64,000 bases of DNA from Nitrospirales bacterium (GTDB lineage: Bacteria; Nitrospirota; Nitrospiria; Nitrospirales; UBA8639): contig CBDBCZ010000019.1 in assembly GCA_965203295.1 (NCBI GenBank), positions 384,001 to 448,000 of the forward strand, given 5' to 3'. A program made the translations under genes and the position numbers. A model generated the notes under the pieces. The model was not told the DNA's origin and searched no databases. It saw only the letters and a program-made list of their open reading frames with translations. Shown one piece after another: positions 1 through 11,220 of this stretch. Numbering within the stretch: the stretch's first letter is position 1; each line of letters starts with the position of its first letter.

Positions 1-1032
1 TGGGAGCGGCTGAAATTCTTTAAACCGGACATCCACACCTTTCCCACGAACTGGTACCAGATCCTCTTCTCCCCTTTGAACTGATCCTGCAGCAGCTCCT
101 CCTTCAAGATACGGCTTCAGCTTCTCATACCACTCGGCGCTTTCCTTCAGCTTCGACCCGATATGCTTACCCAATAATGTTTGGCCGAGATTTGCCAGGC
201 TTTGCGGCGAGAGGCTGTACTTTTCCTTGAGTCGCCGGACATCATTCTTGGGCGCCGTTTTGGTTTGGGCAATGCGTTTTTTCAGTAAGGCCAGCTTCTC
301 CTCAAATTCCTTGCGCGCGCTTTTGAGTTGATCCAGATCTCTCTCGATTTCTCTCTTAATTAATTGAACTTCGTCCACTCCCCGGAGTATTGCGCCGGTT
401 CCACCTCTAGTTGAAGACTTCAGATCCTCGATTCGTGTCTTGTACTTTGCAAATTGGGCTTTTCCAGGGAGGTTCTTGAGGCGTTTTTCCCATGACTCCT
501 TTTCTCGTTGAATATCCGTCTGAATGGCTTCGATCAGTTTCAGTGTTTCCAGATCCTCCTGCTCGAGGATCTTTTGAACATCAGGCACCTCGAAGGGAGG
601 TAATTGGAATGCCTCGACTTCGTCCGAATCAGGTGATGGGGAGGAAGGTGTCCCGTCCTGGCCATCTAGCGCACCTGATGTCGCCCGCGCCGTACCAAAT
701 TGCACGTCATCGACCGTCATCTCGTCGATGATCACCTGGCGCCGAAGCAAGTACAAGCTATCCAATTCCATGGTCAGTCGTGTAATTTCGAGCGCGTTGG
801 TCATTGGTTCATCCGGATTGGTGATTTGCAAGCGGGTTAGAGTGAGGCCAGTAGGAAACAGGGTGAGATCCGCGCTGTCAAGTTCGACCTTTGCCCCGAT
901 CGCGGTACTTCCTTCTTCTTCGATTTTGGCTTTTACTAAACCATCGACAACGAAAAGCCACACCAAACTGACAACTCCCATCAAGATGAAGAAGACTCCC
1001 AACCCCCACCAACGAATCCACTTCCTCATCAT
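1..1032 (-). CDS. TIGR03545-family (AsmA-like) protein, runs off the left edge of the window
   Basis: Translated by hand: MMRKWIRWWGLGVFFIL...GAKVELDSADLTLFP...QITNPDEPMTN, open to position 1; start overlaps the stop of the TIGR03546 gene. Confidence 0.8.
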   Translation of the reverse strand, partial: MMRKWIRWWGLGVFFILMGVVSLVWLFVVDGLVKAKIEEEGSTAIGAKVELDSADLTLFPTGLTLTRLQITNPDEPMTNALEITRLTMELDSLYLLRRQVIIDEMTVDDVQFGTARATSGALDGQDGTPSSPSPDSDEVEAFQLPPFEVPDVQKILEQEDLETLKLIEAIQTDIQREKESWEKRLKNLPGKAQFAKYKTRIEDLKSSTRGGTGAILRGVDEVQLIKREIERDLDQLKSARKEFEEKLALLKKRIAQTKTAPKNDVRRLKEKYSLSPQSLANLGQTLLGKHIGSKLKESAEWYEKLKPYLEGGAAAGSVQRGEEDLVPVRGKGVDVRFKEFQPLP

Positions 1033-1547
1033 GTGCCTCCAAGGTGAGAGATGGATTGATACATTTGATACAGCTTGCTGGCCTTGAAGAATTGCATCAG
1101 TCGCGTTTTTTGAACCCAGGCCAGGAGGTGGGCGCGGTATCGTCGAATGAGAGCATTGGAGAGAATGAGGAGGGGCACGAAGAGCACAAGGGAGAACAGG
1201 AGGCCCCCCATGGTGATGGAATTGTTAAACCGCTCGAGCCGCCAAAGCGTTGAGTTATACAGTGAGGTCCAAAGCCCTTCGAGGGATGTGGAAGTGAGGA
1301 GTTTGAGCCCTAGATAGTCAAATAGTGGGTCTAACAGATAAGCGGTTCCAGAAAATACTATAAGCCCCATGAGGAAGGCAGAGAGATTGACCCGCAACAG
1401 AAGGACAAGCAAGATCACAAAGAGGTTATGCAAGCTCACCAGGGGTGTGAGCCCTGCGATCATCGCAAAGCAGAACCCGAGGGAGATCTGTCCAGGGTCA
1501 GTCTCAGAATTGAGGACTCTCAGAAGTTTTGCGATGAGCCGAAGCAC
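1029..1547 (-). CDS. TIGR03546-family membrane protein
   Basis: LNSETDPGQIS..GLTP..LRVNLS..RFNNSITMG motifs; usual partner of TIGR03545; RBS aggaggg. Confidence 0.85.
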   Translation of the reverse strand: MLRLIAKLLRVLNSETDPGQISLGFCFAMIAGLTPLVSLHNLFVILLVLLLRVNLSAFLMGLIVFSGTAYLLDPLFDYLGLKLLTSTSLEGLWTSLYNSTLWRLERFNNSITMGGLLFSLVLFVPLLILSNALIRRYRAHLLAWVQKTRLMQFFKASKLYQMYQSISHLGGT

Positions 1548-1657
1548 TATTCTCCCTCCTTAAGGGGCTAACTGACATTTATCTCTTGATGAAATAATTG
1601 AAGCGCGTGTGTGGAGGAAATGGTCACATACAGTGAAGAAAAAATCCTTTGCTCGAT

Positions 1658-2002
1658 TTATCCCACCTTTTCTTCCTTGGGTACTTCCTGCCATCGGAAG
1701 GCAAGAAAGTTAAGCTGGTCGAGGACGGTGGTTAGTTCACGGCCCTCTTCTGTGAGGCTATAGGTGACCTTAAGGGGAACCGTAGATTCTTGGTGACGGT
1801 AAATAACCTCTGCCCGTTCCAAGGTACGCAATCGTTCTGTCAACATTTTTGACGAAATGCCAGGCATCTGTCTCTTAAGCTCACCAAATCGGGTAGGGCC
1901 GTTTGTATTGAGACGGCAAAGCATATAAATGGTCCAAGGACCACAGAGAACTCGGAGGAGAGAATCAAGGGGGCAATCAATAGGGCTAGGCGGGAGTCTC
2001 AT
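1658..2002 (-). CDS. HxlR-family winged-helix transcriptional regulator
   Basis: CP...GPWT...RFGELKR..GISSKMLTERLR.LE...KVTYSLT. Confidence 0.9.
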   Translation of the reverse strand: MRLPPSPIDCPLDSLLRVLCGPWTIYMLCRLNTNGPTRFGELKRQMPGISSKMLTERLRTLERAEVIYRHQESTVPLKVTYSLTEEGRELTTVLDQLNFLAFRWQEVPKEEKVG

Positions 2003-2234
2003 GGTTACTTTTTGGTACCTACTTTACTTTGGTTATTAGCAACTTAAATATTATATAGAGACATGTTTGGGAAGCAAGATGTCCTTTTATCTTACGGGGT
2101 GAAGGGGAAAGGTATTTTTCACCTAATAATTGAAATAATTTCATGCATAAAATCATACACGTAAAATCTAAATCTGTTCTGCTGAATGAGGAGGAAAAGA
2201 GAAATCGTTCAAGAATTTAGAGAGGAGGTGTGCG

Positions 2235-2411
2235 ATGAAATGTCCTCGATGTAAGGGATTCATGTTACAGGATAAGATAATAGATCTAGATGGCCCGTTT
2301 CACCATATTCCGATATGGCGCTGTATTAATTGTGGGGGGACTCTTGACCTCGCCATCCGTAAGGGCCAGGACATGAGAGATAGCCTTGTTGAGAAGGGGA
2401 AAGCGGCTTAA
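2235..2411 (+). CDS. Small zinc-ribbon protein (58 aa), absent from the ORF track
   Basis: MKCPRCKGFM...WRCINCGGTLD, with strong RBS gaggaggtg upstream. Confidence 0.75.
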   Translation: MKCPRCKGFMLQDKIIDLDGPFHHIPIWRCINCGGTLDLAIRKGQDMRDSLVEKGKAA

Positions 2412-2486
2412 GACATTCAAGGGAAGTGGGGTGGAGGGTGCAAGACTGAGGAATGAATAGTTTCATGAGGACAGTGAGGTGAGGTG

Positions 2487-4262
2487 ATGAAGAAGGAACC
2501 ATGTCGGGAAGATGACAAGCGAATCGAGAAACTTTCTCGAGCAACGCTCTCCATTTCCAAAAGTGATGTATTAACCTTTTCCCGAGAAGAATGTGCATCC
2601 GTGGAAGGACTGAAAGAACTGATGCCCGCAATGATGGACAAAAGAGAAGGACGAGGTCACGCGCAGGGAGGTGTGACGACATCGAAGAGGAAAGATTCTT
2701 GTACTCATTTGGCGAAAGGGTTTGCAGCGTATTCGGATGACCTCCAAAAGTCAGATGCTCGCGAGGAAAGCGGAAATGAAGATGTTCCGGATTCGACCGG
2801 CGCAATTAATGTCTTCTTGAAAGAGATGGGCCGTGTGCCTTTATTGACTCGCGAAGGTGAGATTCGGCTTGCTAAACAAATGGAAAAGGGGAAAAAAGAA
2901 CTTACCTCTTTGCTGTTTTCCCTACCCTTGACTGTGGCCTATTTGGATGTGCTCGGCAAACGTTTGAGAGGTGGGGCAGTTAAGATTGAAAGCATCGTGA
3001 ACGTATGGGAGTCCCACGATGATGGGGAAGGAGACCGAGAAACTCAGGAGGAAACGCATAAGCAAAATCTGGCTAGACGCACTCTTGCGGGATTTTCAAA
3101 AATCCGCAGATTGTCCGACAGCCTTCCCTTCTCTAGCTGGCCTTTTTCCCCAAAAGCTGTTGATAGAGTTTCTGGTCCATCGAAAACGCAGGTTCCGGCT
3201 GCTTGGGAACGGATCGTTGAGACCGTTGCGTCCTTGAACTTGTGTCCGGAACTCCAAGAACAACTACTGGCTCGCGCAAAAACTTTAGATGAGGAGATTG
3301 GCTTGCAGGAAGAGGTACTCAAAGACTCCTATCAAAAATTGGGAGTGCCAGAAGTGGAAGGGGAAAAATTCATTAAGAAAATGATCAAAATCCCTACCAC
3401 TGTTACGTCCTTACGACGAAGGACCGGACGTTCCAATGAAGATCTTCTCGCCATTGCCGATGCTTACATGAAGGCCCTTGCAAACATTCGAGAAATTGAG
3501 AAGACGAAAATTGATATGTCAGCCTCCGAATTTAGGAAGATCCTCCAGGTCCTTCGACAGGCTGAGAAGAAAGTCGAACATGGCAGGACGGGATTAGTCG
3601 AAGCCAATCTTCGGTTAGTGATCAGTGTGGCGAAACATTACACGAATCGAGGTTTGCAATTTCTTGATTTAATTCAGGAAGGGAATCTTGGATTGATGAA
3701 AGCGGTGGAGAAGTTTGACTACCAACGTGGGTATAAATTCAGTACCTATGCAACCTGGTGGATACGACAACGGATTACCCGAGCCCTGGCAGACCAGTCT
3801 AGGACCATTCGAGTGCCAGTCAATATGGTTGAGGTTGCTCAAAAGCTCAAGCGGATGACACGTCAATTGGTTCAGCAATTAGGACGAGAACCCTCGTTGG
3901 ATGAAATTGCGGAGCGGATGAACCTTTCGGTGGCGAAGGCTCAAGAAATTTCAGAATGTACCAAAGAACCAGTGTCTCTTGATGCCCCGTTAGAAGAGGA
4001 AGGAGGCAGTCATGTAGGAGATTTTATCAAAGATACGAAAGTTTCCTCTCCTTTTCTAGCCATTAACCGATTCGATGTTCAGGAGAAGGTCGCGACAGTC
4101 TTGGATACCTTGTCCTCTCGAGAAGCGTACATCATCCGAAAAAGGTTTGGGATCGGATATGGATCCGATCATACTTTAGAGGAAATCAGCCATGATTTTG
4201 GTGTGACGCGAGAACGCGTGAGGCAGATTGAAGCCGCTACTCTGAAGAAACTCCTACTCTGA
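2487..4262 (+). CDS. RpoD-like sigma70 factor paralog; extreme C-terminus altered by a 17-bp duplication
   Basis: Region 1.2 (FLKEMGRVPLLTREGE), region 2 (ANLRLVISVAK, GYKFSTYATWWIRQ), region 4 (VTRERVRQIE); reading past the duplication would end at 4318. Confidence 0.9.
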   Translation: MKKEPCREDDKRIEKLSRATLSISKSDVLTFSREECASVEGLKELMPAMMDKREGRGHAQGGVTTSKRKDSCTHLAKGFAAYSDDLQKSDAREESGNEDVPDSTGAINVFLKEMGRVPLLTREGEIRLAKQMEKGKKELTSLLFSLPLTVAYLDVLGKRLRGGAVKIESIVNVWESHDDGEGDRETQEETHKQNLARRTLAGFSKIRRLSDSLPFSSWPFSPKAVDRVSGPSKTQVPAAWERIVETVASLNLCPELQEQLLARAKTLDEEIGLQEEVLKDSYQKLGVPEVEGEKFIKKMIKIPTTVTSLRRRTGRSNEDLLAIADAYMKALANIREIEKTKIDMSASEFRKILQVLRQAEKKVEHGRTGLVEANLRLVISVAKHYTNRGLQFLDLIQEGNLGLMKAVEKFDYQRGYKFSTYATWWIRQRITRALADQSRTIRVPVNMVEVAQKLKRMTRQLVQQLGREPSLDEIAERMNLSVAKAQEISECTKEPVSLDAPLEEEGGSHVGDFIKDTKVSSPFLAINRFDVQEKVATVLDTLSSREAYIIRKRFGIGYGSDHTLEEISHDFGVTRERVRQIEAATLKKLLL

Positions 4263-4270
4263 AGAAACTC
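4237..4270 (+). repeat. Perfect 17-bp tandem duplication ctactctgaagaaactc x2
   Basis: Read directly at 4237-4253 and 4254-4270. Confidence 0.95.
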
Positions 4271-4459
4271 CGCACGCCACATTCTCGTGAATTGCTTCAC
4301 CGCTTGACTCAAAACTAGTAGGCTGTTGAAGAATCCTCGGCCTATGCAGAAGCTCCCGGCCTTCGTAGCCTAAGGAGACTTCGGCGGCGGCTCGGCAGAC
4401 AGGCTAGCGTCCTTCCTTGCCTTCGCGGACATTCCTCCTTGTTTTCCATCTCGATTCCC

Positions 4460-4690
4460 AAGGAAATCTATCCGATTATGGACGCTGAGAAACGGTTGAG
4501 CCCCCCGACACCGCTCGCTCAGCTACGAACGCAGGCTGCCGACCAACTAGCCAAGTTGCCAGAAGAATTACGTCAGTTTGGGCAAGGTAGGGCATCGAAG
4601 TGAAGGTCTCCCCCCGCGCTACGTGAACTCGCCCAAACCGTGGATGCCAAAAGGCAAGCCAACATGGATAAGGCAAGGCAAGGTCTATAA
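4460..4690 (+). pseudogene. pncB: 3' remnant of nicotinate phosphoribosyltransferase
   Basis: PIMDAEKRLSPPTPLAQLRTQAADQLAKLPEELR..EVKVSPALRELAQTVD resembles the NAPRTase C-terminus; two compensating frameshifts; 5' part absent. Confidence 0.55.
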
Positions 4691-5054
4691 AGGGCACTTG
4701 ATTTTCCGGGAAAAGAGATTATCGATATAGATGGATGAAGTGGTTGACGAGAGGAACAGCGACTGATTAAGGGATCAAGTGCAGGGATGGTGAGCAGGCC
4801 CACGGCAGGCAAGTGGGGAGCCTAAAGTCCCTCCAAGATCCCAAAAGTAGCGGAAATAGCTCTCAAGGTTAACGCTTCATCCACCATTTTTTTGCCCTCT
4901 TCCTTTCCTTTTCACAAGACTTCCAAGAACCGGAAATTTTGTTGCGAATGCCGATAGCTGGCTCTCAAATTGAGCGCAAAGATCCTTCTTTGACAAGCAC
5001 AAGAGAGATAGCTGGAACGGCCGATAACAATACGTCGGATAAAACCGACTGAAT

Positions 5055-6055
5055 TCAGGAAATTTTCAGCACGCCGGCTCCCTGGATGGTTCCTGCCTTC
5101 AATTGTTGCAAGGCCAGATTAGCGTCTTTGAGATTGAAGGGCTGCGTGTGAGGTCGAATGGGTATGTCTGCAGCTTCCTGAAGAAGATCCACTCCATCCT
5201 GCTTCGTGTTTGCTGTCACACTTTGAAGTGTGCGTTCCTGAAACAAGTACAGGCCATAGTCCATGAGAGGAATAGGGGTCATGTAAATTCCCGCTAAGGC
5301 TACCGTTCCCCCTTTTTCCAAAGCTTCGAGTACAGGAGGAACCAGTTCTCCCGCTGGAGCAAAAATAATTGCTCCGTGGAGTTTATCGGGGGGAGTCTCC
5401 GTCGCACTACCCACCCATACCGCCCCGAGTTTTCGGGCCAGAGCTCGATGTTCCTCTCGTAAGGAGCAAACGTACACAGAACATCCCCAGTGGCGGGCTA
5501 CCTGGATGGTTAGGTGAGCAGAGGCTCCGAAGCCATACACCCAAGCCTTTGCCCAGGTTTCACCTGGCTTCGGCGTAATGCCAGATACCCAATAATTCCC
5601 GCACAGAGAAGGGGGGCTGCCTCTTCATCATTGAAGGTAGAGGGGATGGGGTAGGCAAAGTGCTCGGAGACCAAGGCATACTCCGCAAATCCTCCATGAA
5701 CGTGGTAACCGGAGAAGGTGGCTTGAGAACAGAGATTTTCTCGTCCGGTCTGACAAAATTCGCATTGGTTACACGTGCGTTGCAGCCAGGCAATTCCCAC
5801 CCGATCTCCCTCCTTTATGGTTCGAATTCCCTGTCCCACGCGATCCACGATTCCCACGGTTTCGTGACCTGGAATGATGGGTCGAGTGGAATGAGGCAAT
5901 TCTCCTTCCACGACATGTATGTCTGTTCGACAGACTCCGCACACGTGAACCTTGACGCGTACTTGTCCAGGCCCCGGCTCGGGATCAGAAACTTCCTGGT
6001 ATTGCAAAGGGTGAGTCCCGACATCTCCATCCGTTTCCAAAACCATGGCCTTCAT
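5055..6055 (-). pseudogene. Zinc-dependent alcohol dehydrogenase family, frameshifted near 5545
   Basis: GVCRTD, IPGHE, CNQCEFC..C and LLCAG in one frame; YGFGASAH continues in another. Confidence 0.9.
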
Positions 6056-6342
6056 GATGAGGATCTTCCTCCAAGTTGAAATTTGTCAGAACAAGAAATT
6101 TTACTCCTGCCAGAAACTGAGTGAAATACCAGAAAGGTTTGCCAAATGAGAACGAAAGGACCTTGAGAGAGACAGACTGGATCGCACATGAGTGCATGAT
6201 GCCTTGGGTTTGTTATTGGCGTTTTCTCCCTGGTAGGGTGAATAGAGAGCAAAGCAGACATGCAAGAGTCTCTTCTCTAGATGGGAATTCTTTAGGGTGC
6301 TTTTCGTTTTTTAAGTGTTCGTGGGACAGACGAAATATCGAT

Positions 6343-7257
6343 ATGACTAGGGAAAAACAGCGAAGTTTTTTTTCGATCATCGTGATTGCCTTCATATTTG
6401 GAATCTTGGTCTGTTGGAAATCACCCACTCTCTTAATGGCCAATTCACCTCCACCTCCTGAACTCGACCAGCATCTCATGGATATTGCCAAACTCGCTCA
6501 GCCCTCGCCTATGGTGCCGATTCCTAAGGGATAGTTCCTCTTGGGTACGGTTCGTAAGGATGATGATCCGTTCGGACTCGACAGGCAATTTGACAACACC
6601 GAATACCCTCAGCAACGGGTCTGGCTTGATGCATTTTCGATGGATCGCGACGAAGTAAGCCTAGGAGAGTATTTGGCCTATTTGCTGGAACAGAATCTTT
6701 CTGCTCCCCAAGAACTCCGGGAATTGATTTGGCATTTAATATCGGTGCATTTCTTACCCGACTACATTATGGCCCGGTGGCCAGCGCTGTATGTGACATG
6801 GACGGATGCCGGAAACTTTTGCCGAGCACAAGGGAAACGGTTACCGACAGAAGCAGAATGGGAAAAGGCTGCTCGAGGAACGAAGGGGAACCTGTTTCCT
6901 TGGGGACATCAGAGCCCCAATTCCGACTTGGCAGTGTTCGGTCTCTATCATGTCCATCAAATCCCCCTCGTAGCCGCAGTTGATGGGTTCAACGAGGGGC
7001 AAAGCCCTTATGGCCTCAATCATATGGCGGGGAATGTGAGAGAATGGGTTCAGGATTGGTTTGGGTTTGATTACTATGCGATCATGCCCAACCGAAACCC
7101 AACGGGTCCTCCTACTGGGCGGTATAAAGGTGTACGTGGTGGTTCATGGAGAAGCAAACCGCAAATGTTGCGGACAGCTACTCGCAATTGAGCGACAACT
7201 GAAACACGATCCCCGACTATTGGGTTTCGTTGTGCAAAGTCCGCTTCTGAGAGTTAA
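6343..7257 (+). pseudogene. SUMF1/FGE-sulfatase domain protein with two in-frame stops
   Basis: RLPTEAEWEKAARG, MAGNVREW, RGGSW, IGFRCAK; TAG at 6532 and TGA at 7189 in frame. Confidence 0.85.
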
Positions 7258-7266
7258 GGGCCTTTC

Positions 7267-7683
7267 TTATTTCGCCCCCAACACTTTCGCGGCTTTTTTC
7301 ACATGTTTGGGTTTTACCCAGAGGATCACTCCAAACCGTTTTGCCCCTCCACACAGTGCGGTCGTGGCATGCACGTTGATCTTGGCCTTAGCCAACTTCT
7401 CGGCATGTGAAGCGAAGCCACCAATTCGATCACTTCCCTCGACCAAAAAGCAGGTCTTGGGACCATGAATTTTCCACTTGGACCGTTTGGCCACAGCGTT
7501 GAATGTTTTAGAATCGGATGGCACTAAGTCCACTTGGGCTTTGCCTTTTTTTTGAGGGAAAGCAAGCAAGGCCAACAGGTTGACCTTGGATTTTTGAAGT
7601 GTCCCGAGGACCTTGAGGCCTTCTCCTGGTTTATGGGGAATCAGCATTTTGTAGTACTGGGCAATCCGAACTGAATCGGGCAT
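7267..7683 (-). CDS. ACT-like domain hypothetical protein
   Basis: MPDSVRIAQYY..PHKPGEG..VNLLA..DRIGG..AKINV (two ACT-like halves); RBS gaaaggagg. Confidence 0.7.
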   Translation of the reverse strand: MPDSVRIAQYYKMLIPHKPGEGLKVLGTLQKSKVNLLALLAFPQKKGKAQVDLVPSDSKTFNAVAKRSKWKIHGPKTCFLVEGSDRIGGFASHAEKLAKAKINVHATTALCGGAKRFGVILWVKPKHVKKAAKVLGAK

Positions 7684-7901
7684 GACACCCTCCTTTCGAT
7701 GATGAGAATCCCATATCGTCAATTTCCTCGATACGGGCATTCCGCTGTTGGATTTTACAGAACCGAACAACCTCATTCTAAGCGTTTTCATCCTTTCGTC
7801 AAAGGAAAAATCTCGACTTGCGTCAGCTGAGTCGTTCGTCGAGAAATCCCACCCCTGGGAGGAATGGACCTGCGGATGGCCTAGCATGGCAGTATTAGGC
7901 T

Positions 7902-8453
7902 ATGGCTTTCGCGTATTTCAATCGTCTGACAATTGTTCAAAAACGTACCTATCGACGGAGCGATCAGATTACAGCGATTCCTCTCCCGAAAAGCGAAGAA
8001 TTGTAGGCTTTGACGCGAGAGCTAGCCGTGGCTTTAGGAACCGAAGATCATGAGTTGACGCAAGGCTCTTCCCAAAGGCTCTTCAGTGCCATTACCGATA
8101 GACTGAATACTCCCAGAGTCCGAATAGAAGTCCTTCAGGTGAGGCCGTCTAATCACATTGGAGAACTCCAAGGACTGTATGTTCCTGAAGAACATCATAA
8201 AGTCGCCAACGTGAAACTCTGGATGCGCACTGCCAAACGGAAACAGGTTGTTGCCTTTAAGACCTTTCTTCGCACCCTTCTTCATGAGCTTTGCCATCAT
8301 CTGGATTACGAACTTTTGAGCTTGCGAGACAGCTTTCACACGCAAGGCTTTTACAAGCGAGAGTCGAGTCTGCTGCACCAGTTGCTGAAGGAAAGCCCAT
8401 CGACACCTGCGAGAACCGTCAAGGTGACACAACGACCTGTACGTTATGAATAA
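7902..8453 (+). pseudogene. HExxH zinc metalloprotease-like protein (SprT/WLM-like) with in-frame TAG at 8004
   Basis: MAFAYFNRL..YRRSD..*..TLLHELCHHLD..HTQGFY. Confidence 0.65.
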
Positions 8454-9153
8454 GCCAACGGGCAAAGCGTTTCCCAAAGAGAAAGTAAAAGACAAGCAGA
8501 ATAGGGTTCGCAAGATCATCAAGATCTTGGATCAAACCTATCCGGAGACTACTCTTGTGCTAAACTTCACGACACCACTTGAATTGTTAATTGCCTTCAT
8601 CTTGGCTGCACAGTGTACGGACGAGCGGGTGAATCAAGTTACGGACAAGCTGTTCAAAAAACATCGGACCCCGGAAGACTAGGCCAAGCTTGATCTGAGT
8701 ACCTTGGAAAATGAAATTCGATTGATCGGTTTTTTCAGGAACAAAGCGAAATCTATTCAATCCTGCTATCAAGAGCTGGTTAATCGATTTGAGAATGAGG
8801 TTCCTAAAACTCTCGAAGATTTGGTCTCATTGCCGGGTGTTGGGAGAAAAACAGCGAATGTTCTGAGAGGAAATGCCTTTGGTCATCCAGCAATAGAGGT
8901 TGATCGGCATGTGGGTCATCTCGTGCAACACATGGGGTTGACTGAAGAGACTGATCCGGACAAGATCGAGTTCGATTTGAATGTGATCGTGCCTGACAAA
9001 AGCAAAGTCCGCTTCTGTCATCTACTCCAAACACATGGTCGAACGGTGTGTCTTGCACGAAAACCGAACTGCCCGGTATGTTTTATTAACTCACTCTGTC
9101 CCTATCCGGGACAATCTTCTAGCCAAGAATTGGCAAAACCTAAGCGCAGGTAA
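8446..9153 (+). pseudogene. nth: Endonuclease III with in-frame TAG at 8680
   Basis: LAAQCTDERVN, HhH LPGVGRKTAN, C-x6-C-x2-C-x5-C iron-sulfur motif. Confidence 0.92.
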
Positions 9154-9285
9154 GATACATAGCATTGACTGAAAATCGCCTATCCCAATTTCGATTATCC
9201 TCATGAGCAGTGTGGCTGCTTAAAAAACTGGGTATGTCCAATGAATATTTCAGAAAAAGAGACGTCAGGGATTCCTTAAGCGATA

Positions 9286-10158
9286 ATGACAAAGCCGATT
9301 GTGAATCTCTCCAGTGAAATAGAGAAACTTCAGACCAGACTGTGTCGGCGAGTTGGTCAGGCTATCACCGACTTCAAAATGATTGAAGATGGTGACAAGG
9401 TCATGGTGTGTCTATCGGGGGGGAAGGACAGTTATGGGCTGCTAGACATTCTGCTGAACATTCGTTCTCGTGCTCCCATTAGTTTTGAGATCGTCGCGGT
9501 GAATCTTGATCAGAAGCAACCAGGTTTCCCAGAACATGTGCTGCCTGGTTATTTAACGAAGATTGGAGTTCCGTTCCACATCGAAGAACAGGATACCTAT
9601 TCAACAGTCAAACGCGTGATCCCTGAAGGGGAAACAACGTGTTCATTGTGCTCGCGTCTGCGTCGAGGACATCTCTATCGTCTGGCATCAGAACTCGGAG
9701 CAACCAAGATCGCTTTAGGGCATCACCGTGACGACATCTTGGAAACATTCGTGATGAATTTGCTTACGGGAGGGAAGCTTGCGACCATGCCGCCGAAACT
9801 GATCTCAGACGACCGTCATAACATCGTTATACGGCCACTGGCGTACGTGAAGGAAGCAGACCTGGCTCGCTACGCGAAATTAAAGGAGTTCCCGATCATT
9901 CCGTGTGACTTATGTGGCTCGCAGGAGAACCTCAAGCGGAAGGAGGTCAAAGTGCTGCTGAAGGAATGGGAACAAAAATTCCCACGATGCCTTGATAGTC
10001 TTGTGGCGGCGATGTCAAACGTTTCACCTTCTCACCTGATGGATCCCAAGCTGTACAATTTCACATCCCTGCGGTCTACTCGCCAAGCTGACAAAAGCGA
10101 CTCTTCTCAACCTTTCAAGTTTTCCACTGAATCAATCCGTAGCGCAGGTTCGGTCTAA
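9286..10158 (+). CDS. ttcA: tRNA 2-thiocytidine(32) synthetase
   Basis: [33 protein letters not shown]. Confidence 0.95.
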   Translation: MTKPIVNLSSEIEKLQTRLCRRVGQAITDFKMIEDGDKVMVCLSGGKDSYGLLDILLNIRSRAPISFEIVAVNLDQKQPGFPEHVLPGYLTKIGVPFHIEEQDTYSTVKRVIPEGETTCSLCSRLRRGHLYRLASELGATKIALGHHRDDILETFVMNLLTGGKLATMPPKLISDDRHNIVIRPLAYVKEADLARYAKLKEFPIIPCDLCGSQENLKRKEVKVLLKEWEQKFPRCLDSLVAAMSNVSPSHLMDPKLYNFTSLRSTRQADKSDSSQPFKFSTESIRSAGSV

Positions 10159-10168
10159 CACGAAATTT

Positions 10169-11163
10169 TCATTTGATACCAATGACCATAGAGTCCGGTC
10201 CGATGAGATGCTCAACACGGGTTTTACGAAAACCAGCATTCTTGAGCCAGGTTGTGCAATCGGCTCCTGTATAGTCAAACCCTCCAGGCAATTCAATGAG
10301 CATGTTAAGGCTCATCAACAACCCAAACACGTTTTGACGACGTTCATCGTCGATCAACGACTCAAAAATAATCAAGGCTCCACCTTTAGGCAATGCCTCA
10401 TAGGCTTTCCCGATGAGCATCTTCTTTTCTTCCAGATTCCAATCGTGAAGGATATGGCCCATGGACAGCACATCCGCTTTCGGGAGAGAATCAGTAAAGA
10501 AGTCACCGGGAAAGAACCGTAATCGCTCACCAAGCCCGAACGAATTCACGTACTCTTCAAAGATTGGGCCTGTGACTGGAAGATCAAATCCCCCTCCTGT
10601 TATGTGATCATGTGCAAGGGCTACCTGAACCACTAAACCACCTTGAGCCGAACCCACATCGATAAACATACGATAATCAGACCATGGAAATTGCTGCGCA
10701 ATCCGCTTGCTAGCACCCATGCTCAGCCCGGTCATCGATTGAAGAAATTGTTTCAATCGATCATGATCACTGTAGAGGTCGCCGAAAAAGTTTCCTCCTT
10801 CCTTCACTTCATTCTGGGGAAGTCCAGGAAGGAACCCCAAAAGCGATACAGGCGGAGGTTCATCATTTCTAGCCAGCCGCCAATATACGATGGTTTGGCA
10901 CGATCGAGGAAAAGATCAGTCTCAGGGGTATTGAAATATCGGCCATCGCGACGATCGAGCATGCCGAGTGCGATGAGGGCATCGAAGAAATCGTGTGCAC
11001 TCCGTGGGTGAAGGCTCAACCGTTCTTGTAAAGCTTTGGTCTCAAGCGGCTGGCAGGCAAGTTCGGTAAAGACAACCAGTTCTACAGCGTTGAGGAAGTT
11101 CTTCGATCCCCAAAAGGCTGTGCCGAGTTGCATGATTCCGTCCGGTGTTGGGTCGTTGCTCAT
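10169..11163 (-). pseudogene. O-methyltransferase (dimerisation plus methyltransferase type 2 domains), frameshift/deletion near 10820
   Basis: AFWGSK dimerisation domain; [18 protein letters not shown] in a second frame. Confidence 0.85.
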
Positions 11164-11220
11164 GTTCTCCCTTCCTTATCTCAGGAAATCTTTGTACATG
11201 ATGATTTGACAGGTCAACGT

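Noticed and set aside
2484..4262. Calling this the primary rpoD
   Set aside because: No recognisable region 1.1, no dnaG context and a damaged tail; more likely a paralog.
4694..4782. 9-bp inverted repeat gcacttgat..atcaagtgc
   Set aside because: Short arms about 70 bp apart; could be chance.
5510..5560. Programmed frameshifting in the dehydrogenase and other split genes
   Set aside because: No consistent slippery motif or stimulatory structure; the lesions are heterogeneous.
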